Positions 33,395 to 46,940 of a stretch of 64,000 bases of DNA are shown in pieces. The stretch comes from Lama glama. Lineage: Eukaryota. A model generated the notes under the pieces. The model saw only the letters and a list, made by a program, of their open reading frames with translations. It made no database searches and was not told the DNA's origin. The translations under genes were made by a program, and so were the position numbers. How positions within the stretch are numbered: the stretch's first letter is position 1; every line of letters begins with the position of its first letter. Location of the stretch: positions 99,264,001 through 99,328,000 of the forward strand of contig CM052816.1 in NCBI GenBank assembly GCA_028534125.1, read 5' to 3'.

Positions 33395-36300
33395 GAGCAC
33401 ATGTCTTTGTGGAATCTGAGTGGCCTACCTCCTTTGGACATTTTTTATTTAATGAGCCAGAAATAACTGATTTTATCTTAGGAAACTTGTCTGGCCAGTA
33501 TGAGGAGAGACAAATAGAAAGCTTATCTACATAAAACATTTTGAAGTTACAGTAGCAGAAGTCAATACTATAAGCAACATTCCCCATTGTTTCAGTCTCC
33601 CTTATAAGTACCTCCACTGATTTTTTAAGAGTCGCATGAAGTTCAGTGAGTCCTCACCAAACATTCTAAAAATTGAATTATCTTTGCATCCTTGGAGAAA
33701 GCACAGATTAGCTGGGGGCAAAGGGTTGCAAAGGAATAGATTAAGTGGCCCAATGTCTCATCCACATGTTTTAGCTTCAGGAGTTAATGTTCTTTCCTGA
33801 GTAGGACTTGTGTGGTTTATAACAGAAGCACTGACCCAGACCTCCGAGGGTTGCACAGATAAAACCACTGACCGAGGAGTCAAACATCTAACTTCTTCCT
33901 TCTCTTCATCATGTTCAGTAGAGAACTCGAAGTTTTGCTCCGGTGATTTCAAGCAGCTTTCCGGGCTAGGTGATAAAGGGCCACCTATGCACGTGCTGGT
34001 GTCGTTAACGTAGGAAATAAGATGAAGCCCAGTGTGCCCCTCCCCCAGTGGTCAGTGGCTTTGGTGAGTGCCTACAGGACTGCGTCCTGCAAGTGTTCAT
34101 CCCGGGACTGACACCTCACGTGTGACCAAAGGTCACGTCAGTTGGAACCTGCAGTGGATGCTGAATTGCTTTCATTTTCCTCTTCCAAGAAAGTCGGGCC
34201 GTGGTAATGCCTTGCCTGGTGGCAAAGGTGTTCACGCTGAGATGATGTGCAAGGAAAAGACCCTTGGGCGACACATGGAAATCCTATTAGTGATGCCACC
34301 GAGAAATGCAGACAGCTAAGCAGGAGGCTGGACAATCAGGTGACGTTGCAGGAAGGGTTCAGTTAGCCGGTAACACAGATTCTGAGTCATCGAGATAATA
34401 CATCTTAAGCTGCATCTCACGTTCTGAGAGTCCTCTTAATTTCCTCCATTTCATTTTTAGCAAGGGGGGTGGCAAATAGAAATAATTATGTAGATTAGAA
34501 CCAAACACTCACCTAAAAGACAAATTCTTGGGGCTGGCATTAACATTTCACTGATAATACTCTTTTCATAAATCTTGGCATCCCTGTTAAATTATTCATA
34601 TGGCGTTCTAGGAGAACATATGACAATTTTTTAAAATGTATTCTTCACAGCGTCTCACAATCAGCCAGAATGCCACTCCATGGGTTATTTTTCTGAATCT
34701 TGCCATCTGAATGTTCTGAATAAATTTTACTTGATTCAATAAGTTTCACTGTTGTTCCCAAGCATTTCTTTTATGATTTCTACAGCTTCACTTCTATTGT
34801 ATTACCCTTCTGTTTTATTTCTTTCCCATCGTCTTGATTTCCCTTTTTATCTGCCGTGTGCTTCACTTTCCCGTTTTTGCCATCTATCATTTCAGCTCGG
34901 AAAAAAGATATTTCCTATTATCTGATCTTCCCTAGATGTACTTAACTCGGTGACACTCGTATTTCTCTGAGTGACCTTTGTGATATAATTCTTTGGTGCT
35001 ACATCTTGAAAGTGCCTTCTGACAGATTTAGCAGGTGCCCTTTTAATTCCCCTCCTGGAAGCACCGTGCCTGTCTTGAATATACTTTCTGCCAGCTCTTT
35101 ATTGTCTGCACTTCCTGAATCAGAGGCAGCACGGTAATAACTCTTGCCTGCGCCACTCCCGGGTTACCGCACCCATTTTTCTTTTTGGAATTGTCAGATG
35201 ACTTTTTCATAGTTATTTGCCTAAAGAAATCTAGAGTCAATGTAATGGAAACATATAGACATCTTCACGGAGCCCCCATTGGGGTGGGTGGATTGATATA
35301 TGCCTTGCCAACTACCACCTGAGACCTGCCTTTTCGGGGTAAGGAATGGCCCTTCGTATGCATGTGTATCTAGTCACTTCCCTCTTCTTATTCCCGGAGT
35401 CTTGCCTTGGGACTGTCCAGTATGAACGGTCTTCTGTCGACTCTGGACCACACCACCTTTCCACCAAGGTTGTTCTGAATTGTGATCCAGTTTTCAAGCC
35501 AGTGACAGCCCCGTCCTGACACCCTGACTTGAACTAGCACAGGGGCCTGCTCCCTCCTCCAGTGGGTTAAAATGGATCTCTGTATCCAAAGCCAAATCCC
35601 AGAGAATGGCAAAAACCCGTCAAGAGCTGCCTCTCCCGCAACCTTGAACTAATATTGTCTCATTTTAATAGTTTTATGCTCTAGTCTAATCTATGACATT
35701 CATTTCGGTCAATACATTTGAATAAATTGTCTAATAAGTTAGAGTTTGCAAAGCCCCTAGTATTATTCTTAGGGAAGTCATATTCAGATGAGCTCCTTGG
35801 TTTTCAACAAAAAGAATTCTCTTTTGAACCTCATTTTACAAGGAACTCTGTTCTTCTTTTAAATAAATAGTTACATAATACCTGCACAATTGGCAGCTTT
35901 TAATGGGAAGAAGTAATAAAAATGGGTGAGGCTGGACATGTCTGAGTGATGCACGTTCGGGTGACTCTGGGGGAGCTTACAAAGGAGATCTTTCTCTGCA
36001 GTGGAAACAAGCTCCTGACAACAAGCCTGACACTGTCCTGGAGGGGAAAGAACCAGGTGTTTGATTATGTTAATCCTGTTGGATGATGTGAAGAGTTTTT
36101 TATTCAAACTGAATAAATGAATAAATTTTCTTCCAGCTCTGAAAATGGGTATAAACACAGTGGCTGTTTTGGGATGACCTTGGGGAAGATACAGGCAGCT
36201 CTCCCATCATCTTAGATTCAGAACTTTCCAGGCTTCTCAGCTTCTGTGGTTGTTCCAATCACCACCACACCTGGACCTGAGGCTTTGACTGATGGGGATA

Positions 36301-36779
36301 GAGCCCTAGCTTCAGAATTACTCAGTTTCTCCCACTGGTTCAGTTTTCATCTCCTCTTCACCAACATGGTCATTGCCATGGCTACCGGGACCACAAATTG
36401 CTTTAAACTTTCCAAAAGCTCCAACGTTGACACCAACCACAGACCTGCCATCTCTCTTCCTCCTTCATCCCCATTAATATATTGTTCCTCCTCTCTTTAA
36501 CTTCTTTTTGTCCCATTTTTTACCTAGTCCTTCCGACTTTCCCAGTATCAGGTCAGACACTGAAGCTCACCATTCAACTACCCCTGATGCTGCTTCCCCC
36601 TGGTCAGCCATCCTCCCATTGCCTCCAGGTCTCTCCTGGGACAAGCACCTCAACCTCCTATAGGCAAAGCCTTCCCAATCCTTATTGTCTTTGCCTGCCT
36701 ACTCTCTCACACCTCTACTTGTGAACACTGCAATAAAGCATTTTAAATGCAGCTCACTAAGAGAGTCATAAATTTGACT

Positions 36780-37260
36780 CATGTCAATCAAGTATTTTTG
36801 GAAAAGGTGACACCTGAGCTTTATTATTAAAGATGAGTAAAAAATATGCAGGTGGAAAGTGAAGAGCATAGGAGTCAGCAGAGAGGAGAACAGGCCAGAC
36901 TGATGGATAGGCCGCCCACGAGCACATCCCACCAGCAACACAGCTCGGGAGCCTTAAAAGACGGGGAGCTGCCATAACATGATGTAGGCTCCAGGGCTGG
37001 GAGAGTGGAGATAAACTCCAAGGTTGTTTATTGGGTCTGCTGGACCACATGGTGATTCCACATACAGGGAGAGACAGAACACAAGAATACAGTGTGGATG
37101 GCAAAATGATGAGTTTAGCCCTGCATAGAATGAAGCTATTGATAAAAATATTAATTATGGAGGTTGGACTCTCCAAAAGGTAAGTTGGCATAGATCTAAA
37201 GCTTAGAAGAGAAAATTGACCTGAAAAAAATAGAGTTGAGTGCTACCAAAGCCATATACA
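36780..37260 (-). mobile_element. L2 fragment
   Basis: 'atgagtttagccctgcatag...gttggcatagatctaaagcttagaagagaaaattgacctg...agagttgagtg' resembles antisense L2. Confidence 0.5.
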
Positions 37261-37269
37261 TTAGTTTAG

Positions 37270-37720
37270 ATTCTAGTTTCAAGTTGTTTTTAACAAAATA
37301 AATAAAAATTTAACACATGGCATCTGGGACAGAATTGCAGTTGCAGTGGGTGTCTTGGAGAAATCTAACACTAAAACTAGGAGCTCCTCCAGCACCAAAC
37401 ACTCCCGTTCACTATTGTTCCTGCTGCCCTTGTAAGGCAGCATTACTCATTTCTTATTCTGCTTCTCTGTCCACGTGATGCCCGCATCCTGTCCACTTAC
37501 AAGATACACTTCCCAGTCAGTTGGAAGCTGACTGGACGCCTCTAGGTACCAGATACAAATTGCGAGGAAAAGGGGTCTAATTGCTTCAGGCTCGGCCATG
37601 TGTCCAATTCTAGCCCAAAAGACTATAGATCAGGGGATGGAACTGAACAGTATGGAAAGTGCCCCAGGGCCATCCTTAAGGATAAGAGCGTAATCCCCAG
37701 AGAAAGGACCCCCCAAAAAC
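37270..37720 (-). mobile_element. Possible old MaLR/ERVL LTR fragment
   Basis: 'ctaattgcttcaggctcggccatgtgtccaattctagcccaaaagactatagatcaggggatgg' resembles old MLT1/LTR motifs. Confidence 0.35.
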
Positions 37721-38789
37721 CTTTCCTTGAACCTTCTTCCAGCTCATGGGCTGAGCAGACCGCCACTAAAGTGATCAGTGCACCGTGGAAATGGATGAGT
37801 AACTGGAAATGGCTAGTGAAGAAAGCAGCTAAACTCGTTGCAGTACACCAAGACTCTCCACGTCTTCCTTCTTCTCAGAAGCTGTTCCTTCTGTAAAAAA
37901 TTCTGTTTTCGTATTTGCCCACCTGCTCAGTGGGCCCTCATTCTTTAAGCATTAATTTAAAATCTTTCCTTACATAAAAGTGTCCTTGGTTCTTCCTGTT
38001 CAAAAGATCCCCAGTCTTTCTGTATTTGATCATAACTCCATCCACTTGTATACTATATCACGTGCGTGTATGTGTATCAGTGCACCTCCTCTGGACTTCA
38101 TTTCTTATGAAATTGGGTCTCTGTATTTCTCTCTGCTTGTGTTTTTTTGCAGCCACTAGACCAGCCCAGGAGCGTCTCCATCGGAGTGAAAGCCCCTTGA
38201 GGAGACGGCTTTACTGCCTGCTGTTTGGTCCTGGCAGTTAGGAAGGCACCTGGACAAACGCTCACCAGAGGAGTGGCTGAGCCCTGCGTTCCCACCATGA
38301 TACCTGACAAACCTGGACGTCTGGAGTTATGCTAAGGCAACTAAGGAACGGAGATTCATTAGAAAGAAGGAAAGCTCGTTGTTTCTTGAAGATGCTTTTA
38401 AATTCTCCACATCAGTGGGAAGGCTGTCACGTCCCTGGTATCTGCTCTCATGATCCATGTTTTATGAACATGGTCACCTTCAACCTGTTATGGCCTCTGA
38501 GTGTGGCTGGCTTGCTGGTTAGTTGCTTTGTTTCACCAGCATACGGAGCATGGCAGCCTTTGTATGTGTTATTTAACAGTAAAAACACATTCTCTGGTTC
38601 CAAGGAAGACGATGTGCTATTTCTTATAATAGAGTAGACTCCTCCGTGTGTGTTCTAAGGTGTCACTGGGAGGAAGAGAGATCATAACTGAGAGGCAGCC
38701 TTCACTATGGAAAGATAACGATGCATTCAGAGCTTTTACCAGCAATGAAAAGAATAATGCAAATACAAATTTATACTAAAAATCCTGAA

Positions 38790-38990
38790 ATACAACAGAA
38801 GCAGGAAATTTTTGAGGCTTTAAAAGATATAAAGTTAGACAAACAAAGAAAAGTTCCTTTGTACAATGGCTGACCAATTTATAGAATTTAGCATATTTAC
38901 AGAGTCTTAGGTGGGTCATTAAAACTACATTATGCAAGTAGAGTTAAGTAGACGTTATGAAAGTGTCATGGATGGGGAATCATAATATCT
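38790..38990 (+). mobile_element. Possible ancient CR1-family fragment
   Basis: 'aagttagacaaacaaagaaaagttcctttgtacaatggctgaccaatttatagaatt' resembles the CR1 ORF2 end. Confidence 0.3.
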
Positions 38991-39414
38991 ATTATGAAGC
39001 ACCACAGATGTTTTAGGTTATAGCTAAGTCAGGGCTTCCGGGGTTTAAGATAGTTTAAGTAATTACACTTACTGTCAAAGGGAGATGAGATTCTATGTGT
39101 TACGCATTCCACACTGGACCTCAAGGCACATCTTACATTTTTACAAGGAGAGTATGCTCTCCTTTCTAATTCATTACACAATCACCTTTTTTAATATAGA
39201 AAAAAATATTTGAAGTATACAAACCACATATGAATTACTTTGACTAATTATGATATTTAAACATTTTTAAAAAATCATAGGTTGAGATGTGATAACAGGC
39301 CTGAGTGTATAGAGGACACTGGGTGATGCTCAGAAGAAATGAAAAGACACTGTTGTGAAGGATTCTCCAATAAATCATACTTAAGAAATTGAAGAAGACA
39401 TCATTTTAGAATTG

Positions 39415-42175
39415 TTTCGAATTCTAAGCCAACATTTTGATCTGTGACTCGTTAAGTTCATCATTTTTTGTGTATGGTGGACAGCACTGATACAGGTATT
39501 CATTAGGGTTGTTGTGTGCTGTTTTTGATTCTTTTCTGTACGATAACCACTTGCTCCAGCACCACTTGTTGAAAAAATTATCAGTTCTCCAGTGATTTGT
39601 CTTTGTAGCTTTGGCAAAACTCGTTCCATACATGTGTGAACCTATTTGTGATCTATCTGTCCATTTTTCAGGTCAATACTGCACAGTCTTGATGACAGTA
39701 GCTTTATAATAAATATTGGCAGCAAGTGATATTAGTCTTTCCAGTTTATTCTTCTAACAAAATTGTTTTGAGGTATTTTATTTTTTGAGGTAAGAGAATT
39801 ATTCTAGGTGGAATCTATGTTAATTTCACCTCTCTCATGCCTGATATTGGTAAATGCTGTCTGTCCCAATTATTTGAATCTTTTCAAGATCAGCATTTAA
39901 TTTTTATTATTCTCTATTTTTCCCGGTGTTTATTTCATTTTCATCTGTCTATTCTCCATTATTTACTTTTTTGTTGCATAATTGGATTAAATTTGCTCTT
40001 CATTTCCTAGAAGATGAAGCCGTTGATGTGAAATTTTTCTACTTTTCCTATATAGACATTTATTGCTAGAAGTTCAGCCCCTCTCCTTACAATGTGTCCC
40101 GCTTTAGCTGTGTCCCACAAACATGGGATGTATTTTGTCTTAATTTTTATTTTGACCAAATTTCTTTTCTAATGCCTTAATTTGTGGTTTATTCTTTGAT
40201 ATGTGGGTTCTTTAGAAGTAGATTATTAGGTCTCAAAGATTTTAGATCTTTCTAGATGTCTTTCCATTATTGATTTTTAATTGAATCCATTGTGGTAAGA
40301 GAAAATACTTTGCAAGAATTTAATTGTTTTTTATTTATAGGAATTGGTTTTGTGATCCAGAATGTGATCTGTTTTGCTAAATGTGTCCTATGCATTGCAG
40401 AATAATTTGTATTCTCCTTTTATTGGATATGGTGTTCTAGAGATGTCACTCAGGTACAATTTGCTGATAGTGTTGTTTAAATGATCTGTATCCTTATTGA
40501 TTTTCGCTCTACTTTTTGAGAGTGAGGTATTAAAATCTTTGAATATAATTACTGATTTGCCTATTTCTCCTTATAGTTCTATCATTTTTTGCTTCTTGTA
40601 TTTTGAAGCTATGTTATTAGGTCCATAAAATGTAAAGATTGCTAAGTCTGCTTGATAAATAGACTCCTTTACAATTGTGGGGTGACTTTCTTTATACATA
40701 GCACTAGGATTTTCTCTGGCATATACTTTGTTTTCTTTCAATCACATTTTTCTGATGTCATTTTCCTTCTTTCTGAAAAACTTCCTTCAGACACTTTTTT
40801 TTCTTGATATTTTATGTTGGCAGTTTTTTTTTTTTTTCCTTTCAGTAATCTAAAGATGTTGAATTGTTTTCAATATGAAGCTTGTGGTCATTTTTTGTCT
40901 TTGTTTCTCTGTATGTAATGTGTTTTTCCTTTGCTTATATATATTTTTTTGTTTTTGTTTTTTGTTGTTACTGTTACCAGCTTCTGTGAGTAATATGATT
41001 ATGATGTGACTTGGTTGGGGTTTTTTTTGTTTGTTTTTATGCTTGGAATTTGTTGAGTTTCTTGAATCTATTGATTTGTGATATTTATAAAATTTGAAAA
41101 AAATAGCTGTTATTCAGTTATTTTTTTCTTTCTCCTCCCTCACTCTCAGAGTATTTAAGTGCATGTGTATTAAGCCCATTCAAGTTGCCCCATTGACCAC
41201 TGATGCTCTTTTCATTTTTTAAAGTTCTCTTTCCTGTGTCTTTCAAATATAGTTTCTTTTGCTGTGTCTTTAAGACAACAGACATTTTCTTCTGCAGTAT
41301 CTAATCCTTCCACTGACTTTTTCATGTCCTACATAGATTTTTAATCTCTCAAAGTTCAGTTTGGATCTTCTTTATGCCTTATATGTCTCTTCTAAACATT
41401 TTGTACATAGGGAGTACAACTTAAAAAATGTTAAAATGTCCTTGTCTGTTGATTCATTTTACTTTTTCAGTTCTTGCTTACTTTTGAATTTCTATGAATA
41501 TTCTTAGCATATTTCCCCCAAGGTCACAGTTATTTTACTTGGAAGCAGTTTGATCCTCCAAGGTCCTGCCTTTAAGGTCTGGCAGGTGGGATGGGAGCAG
41601 TGCTCCGTCTCTGGTTAGTTACTCCGCTCTACTCAGTTAGACCTTCCTGAGAATGCTGCTCAGTGTGCTTGAACCATGGCTTTTCTAGGCTGGTGAAAAC
41701 AGGTGCCCTTCCAGGACCTGGGCGAGCGCTCAGCGCTATTAACCGTGGTCCTTCCTGGTTGTTCTCTCCCAGCCTCGGGGAGGTTCTGTGCTTACAGGTT
41801 CGGATTAGTGCTCTGCTAAACAGTACCTTCGGGAGTTCCCAGAGGTCAGTCTCTATGCCACACTTTCCTCCCTGGTACCCAGTTCTGGGGAACTCTGGCC
41901 GCCTTGAGCCCCCAGGAAGTTTGGTTGTGTCTCTTTAACAAGAGGAGCCCCCTGGGCTCCACCAGGGATCATTCCCTGCACTCTGGCCTGGAAACCCTCT
42001 CCGGGCGGTGAGCTGGAACCCTCTCACAGGCCCGGCCCGGTTTAGTTCCCACGTTTCAGGTATCTTTACTGCCTGGCATCCAGTGGCTTGTGCACCATTA
42101 TACCAGGCTGTTTAGGTTGTTTCAGCCAGAAGGAGAAGTCCAGTTCCTATTGCTTCATCTTGGTTTGAAGTGGAA
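39415..42175 (-). mobile_element. Old L1M with deleted ORF1/ORF2 remnants and apparent 5' end
   Basis: ORF2 remnant FFNKWCWSKW (ORF 39424-) and antisense EN-region text at 40100-40700. On the minus strand the element begins 'ttccacttcaaaccaagatgaagcaatagg', like the old L1M 5' start. Confidence 0.8.
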
Positions 42176-45100
42176 TACCCTCGAACACATCACCTTCACG
42201 CCCAGAATCCTGGGATTACATTTGACTATTCGAGCTCAACTAGGAAGTGCTAAAAATAACAGATAAATGAGTGCATTTCCTGTCATATTATGTAGTCTAA
42301 GAGTGAGCCATTTAAAATTCCTAAAAGTAACTGAAGATTTCAAACAGCTGTGTTTCTCCCTCAGTGAGCGACAGAGGTGAAGGGTCCTTGTATCGGACCT
42401 CGATCACATCCAAACTGTAACTATGCCTGTCCTAACAGAGTGAAGCCACAACCTGGTTTTTCATTATCATTTTGTCATCTATTACATGCATTTATAAGAT
42501 TTCATCTGGTACCTATTGATTAATATTTCCTCCTAACAGTTTTCTTTGCTAGAGCTTGAAAAAAATCTGCCAAGTTCTGTCTTTCCTTCTGCTCCAGGCA
42601 CAGATGTACATTGTAAGTATATGGGGACTGTGTTGTTTCATAGCTACTGGGTTTCATATTGACCTATAAGGTGATGGGCTGTTTAGGTTGTTTCAGCCAG
42701 AAGGTGATTTAATACAAGGAACTACTCTAGAGAATCAAATTATATGCAAACCCAGCATTTCCTGCCCATAATATTAAGTGTTTAGATTGTTTGGTTTGTG
42801 ATCCATTTAATTAACATCTTTAATTTAAAAAAAATAAATTAAAGGTAAACGGAGGACTGCCGTGGCTAGACTCCCAGCAAGAGTTTCCTTTCCCCAGCTA
42901 AGTCATTGGGATTCTGCTCTGCTTCATTGCCCTGCTGGCTGTTGTGGAAATTTTAATGGTGCTGTCTTATGCAAAGGGTGTGCTCTACAAGGAAAACAAA
43001 TAAAAATGGGGAAATGTACACTTTGTACCTTTGAAAGGTTACATGCAGTGGCGCAGAAGGCTTGGGTTACAATAACATGAGAGGAGTGAGGCAGTGGGAA
43101 CGTGGTAGGACCAGTTTCGGAGGAGAGACAGTTGACTAAACACTGGAATGATTTAGGGCCCCATCCATTATTTCCTGCCTGTCATTTAAACAGGCTATCT
43201 ATATGCATGTTGGGACCCAGAGTGCAGAGGGGAGGCGGACGGCCTGATTTATGGGGGAGGGCAAACACCTGTGGGCTAGCAGCTCAGAAATTAGCCACAA
43301 GTAGCATATTAGTGCGGCTCATCAGGCACGGTTCAGTATTTCGGTTTCTTGATTTGCCCATAAATAAGCTTCTATGTGGCTGCCCCGAGGCCTTCTGGTG
43401 ATTAACTGCCTTGACCTACAGTAAAATACACAGACGGAGCAGCACCATGGGGTCTGCAGGTGGATGCCGCAATCATATGACTCTAAACACGTCCGTTTGT
43501 GGGTAGCAGGCCTGCGAGTTTTGAGAATCGTGTTAAGGAGGCTTATCGGAGCACTTAACATTCAATTTACGTTTCATTCCCTACTCCCTTATTAGCTGAC
43601 AACTTGTAGCCCCGACTGCCCTGTGACCAGTCGCTGGCCATAAAATATTTTCTCCTTTAGTGTCTCTTGCAGAAACCAAAGGGAGTCTCATCCTGGGATG
43701 TGTATGCCCTCATGTTGCCATTTTTAGTAAGATTCAAATCCTTTGTATTATGCTTTTTTGTATTCCTTTTTTTTTTTTTCCTCGTGAGAGGAGCCTTTTT
43801 CACTAGTCGGTGTGAGCTGGTTATATCTGGAAAGATTCCTCGCAGTAGTTTTCCACTTTTAGTTCCTGGGCTGAACTATTTCGCGCTTGAAATGAAAGAC
43901 AATGGAAGCCAACAACCAGGGAACTCGGAGACAACTTACTGCAGCCAGTCTGTGAAAACTGTCTTACACCTCGTTTACTAGATTTTGTCTCTGTCTTTGA
44001 TCTCAGAAAACAAAAGGATGAATGAAAACCAAACAGGATCTTAGGGCAAACAGCCTCCGCACTGCAGTGAAAGGAGTGAAGTTGGTTCTAAGGACAAGAT
44101 CATTGACTACGCGACAGGTTAGCCGACTTTCGCAGGTAAATAAGGCACTCCAGAGCCGCTAGCAATCCTCGGGGGAGTGAACATTTCCACCACGTTACTG
44201 AGAAGATTTTCTGGATCCCTAGTCTAGTGGTATCACTCCTGAAATTCTGTCAGCCCCCATAAAAACCTGGTTATATCGGGAAGGTCAATACTATGACTTG
44301 TTCCAAGGCCTTCCCCAGCCCTAGATCACTGCAAACTTGGGGAAGACAAATAATGGAACAGTCCAGCTGCCTGCATGATCTTTAGTCAGCAGTAGAGAGG
44401 GCAAGACAAGGTAGTGACACAGTAGTTAGGAGCTCTGGCTACGACGTGGAAATACCGAGAAAGGGAGGAAGGCGCTATCGACAGGACTAGGGAGACAGAG
44501 GGTGCCCCGAGTGCCAAAGGCAAGAAAGGTCAGAGGTCCTGGAGGATTGCAAGCCTGAAGAGCAGTGTCACTTCTAGAAAAGGAGAAGAAGGGGTTACTG
44601 GAAGACACTAAACGATTTTAAGTGGGTTTCCATTTGTAAGTTAATAAATTCAAGAGAAACCCAGCTGAGATCTGAATGCTCAGCCCACTCTGCTGTGATA
44701 GTTACATTTTAAACCAAACAGGACTCTGTCCATGATATATTCCTCAAGGCAAGAACAGTGTCACATGAATTGCAAATGTTCACCTGCTAATAGCTTTCCC
44801 AGGAGTTTGCTTCCTGTTAGGAACCCTTCAATGATTTTATCCATTTATGTGTGGAAAAATGTCGCAGTTGCCGGTCGAAGCCCTGTGCTCAGAACACTTT
44901 CGCGTTATTACCAGTGTGCAAAGGCCAGAATTTCGCTCCCTGGGCCTTCCATCATAGTCTTCATGGCGGGAAGCAGCAACCTCGTGCTCCCAGCAGCCCT
45001 GCTCTGGGCTGAGGGATGGAGCCCTCTCGTTCTCCCAACCATCCCAGGACGTCCTGCTGGAGGAGAAGCCCACGCAGCCCAGAGCCCTGGCCCCTGGCCT

Positions 45101-45254
45101 CTCGCAGGGCCACGTGCTGCTTCTTCTGCTGAGGTTTCCGAGAGACAGTGCCCCCTTGGCCGAAGCGGGCAGTAGAGATGACCGTCAAATATTCATCTCC
45201 CCGAACTTGCCACTGGCATCCCCACAACTAGCGGAATTTTCCAGATTCCTCTCC

Positions 45255-45662
45255 TGTGGCAGAGACCAACAGTCCCATCAGCTGCCCACACGGCTTTTCC
45301 TGTTTCTGAGCCTCTGAGCACTGAAATGGGGTCAAATCAGGCATTCTTATCCGTAGACCTTGAGTGGAAGTGATGGGTTACTTCCAGGCCAATGCAGTCA
45401 AGAGGATGTGTGACTTATCTGCCCCTCAACCCCCATAGCCTCACCCCCAGTCCTCTAGGCTAGAGGCACATGACTCCTACGTGTGAAGTTTCCATTTGTT
45501 GATACCCGAGTCCCTGAGCTACCACTCAGAAGACACCTGCTTGTGTGGACCCCAGGTGCACCCTGGACTAGCATGTCAGCAATAAATCTCTGTTCCATAA
45601 GCCACTGAGACATTGGGGTTGTTTGTTACTGAAACACAAACTAATGTATCCTGACTGATACA
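45255..45662 (+). mobile_element. MaLR solo LTR (old MLT1)
   Basis: TG start, 'gtggaagtgatgggttacttccaggcc', AATAAA, and terminus 'aagccactgagacattggggttgtttgttac...ctgactgataca'. Confidence 0.8.
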
Positions 45663-46664
45663 ATCACTTTCTAACTGGGTAACACTAGCCAACATCTCTA
45701 GCTGAAAAGTGGGTAGTGTAGTACCCCTGGGGTTTAAAAGGATGAACACCTGGAAACCACAACAAAAATGCATAGCGGGTACCCAAGAGATGTTAGTGGC
45801 TACCGTGATTACCTACAGAGTTCAGTTTCTCCATGCATTTACCTAGAACAATGCAGGTAAGAAAGCATTCCTCATTTCCCTAGTGAACAAGGTGAGTGTG
45901 CTCCCCAACATGACTTTCCCAGCGTGGCTTTTAAAAGTGGAAGACATCACAGATGAGTCCCCTTGTGTCTTTCTTTCCCCTTCTCATGATTATTTTTCTG
46001 GGATGTTCAGCTAACATAAACCTGTCTCAGTTGTGTAATATTTTATATTCTCTAATTTGAGCGAATGTTCTTTTCCCATCAAAGCCATTTTAAAAAATTC
46101 ACTCTGCCAGGAATGCGAACTCTGAAATTTATTTGAGAGAGAGGGGGGACAGAAAGCCTCAGGTCTGTTGTAAACTTCCTGTATCCTGGGAGATTAGCTT
46201 CAGCTTACAGTAGTTTCAATTAATTCCTAATTACTTTTATATTGTCTTTGTGTAAGAGGAGGCGGGAATGATAATCTGTAGCACTGTTTCTTTCACGGAG
46301 TTGAATGTCGGTCGTGTTTATTATGAACACTACAGTAATGAGAGTGATCGTCAGCAATTCTTTACTTCTGTGTCTGTCTACCTCCGTGGAGGTTTGAGCT
46401 AAGGAATTCTCCACATGTGTAAAGGAAAGAAAGATCAGGAGAAGATCTCGCTTTTTCCCCACAGGCACCATGTATTTAAAATCTTTAGCAACATATTATG
46501 ATTTCACATAACTGAGAAAATCCTCTCTGTAAGGTTAAGTTCTTATCATCTCTTGATTCTAAGGGAATGTACAGGGCCTACTTCCTGGCCTGTTATTTGT
46601 GAAGAATTGGCAATGCTGTCAGATCATAAGACTGCTAAGAGCACTAGAGAAATGGAGCATTTTC

Positions 46665-46940
46665 AAACTTTCAGCTGTTAGATGGATAAGTTCTGAGGAT
46701 CTAATGCATAGCATGATGACTATAGTTGATAACATGATATTATATAACTGAAATTTTCTAAGAGAGTGGAAGTTAAACATGTGAACGAAGTTTGTGTGGT
46801 GATGGTTGTGTTAATTCCCTTGGTGGAGAGAATCCTTGCAAGTGTACATGTGTATCAAATCATCGCCTTGTGCACTTTCAATTTCTTTCAACTTTATTCA
46901 TCAATTATGTGTCAATAAAGCTGAAAAGAAAAGAAGAAGA
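46665..46940 (+). mobile_element. L1MA-type 3' end
   Basis: 'gataagttctgaggatctaatgcatagcatgatgactatagttgataac...caataaagctgaaaa' with A-rich tail; possible TSD agaaatgg. Confidence 0.85.
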
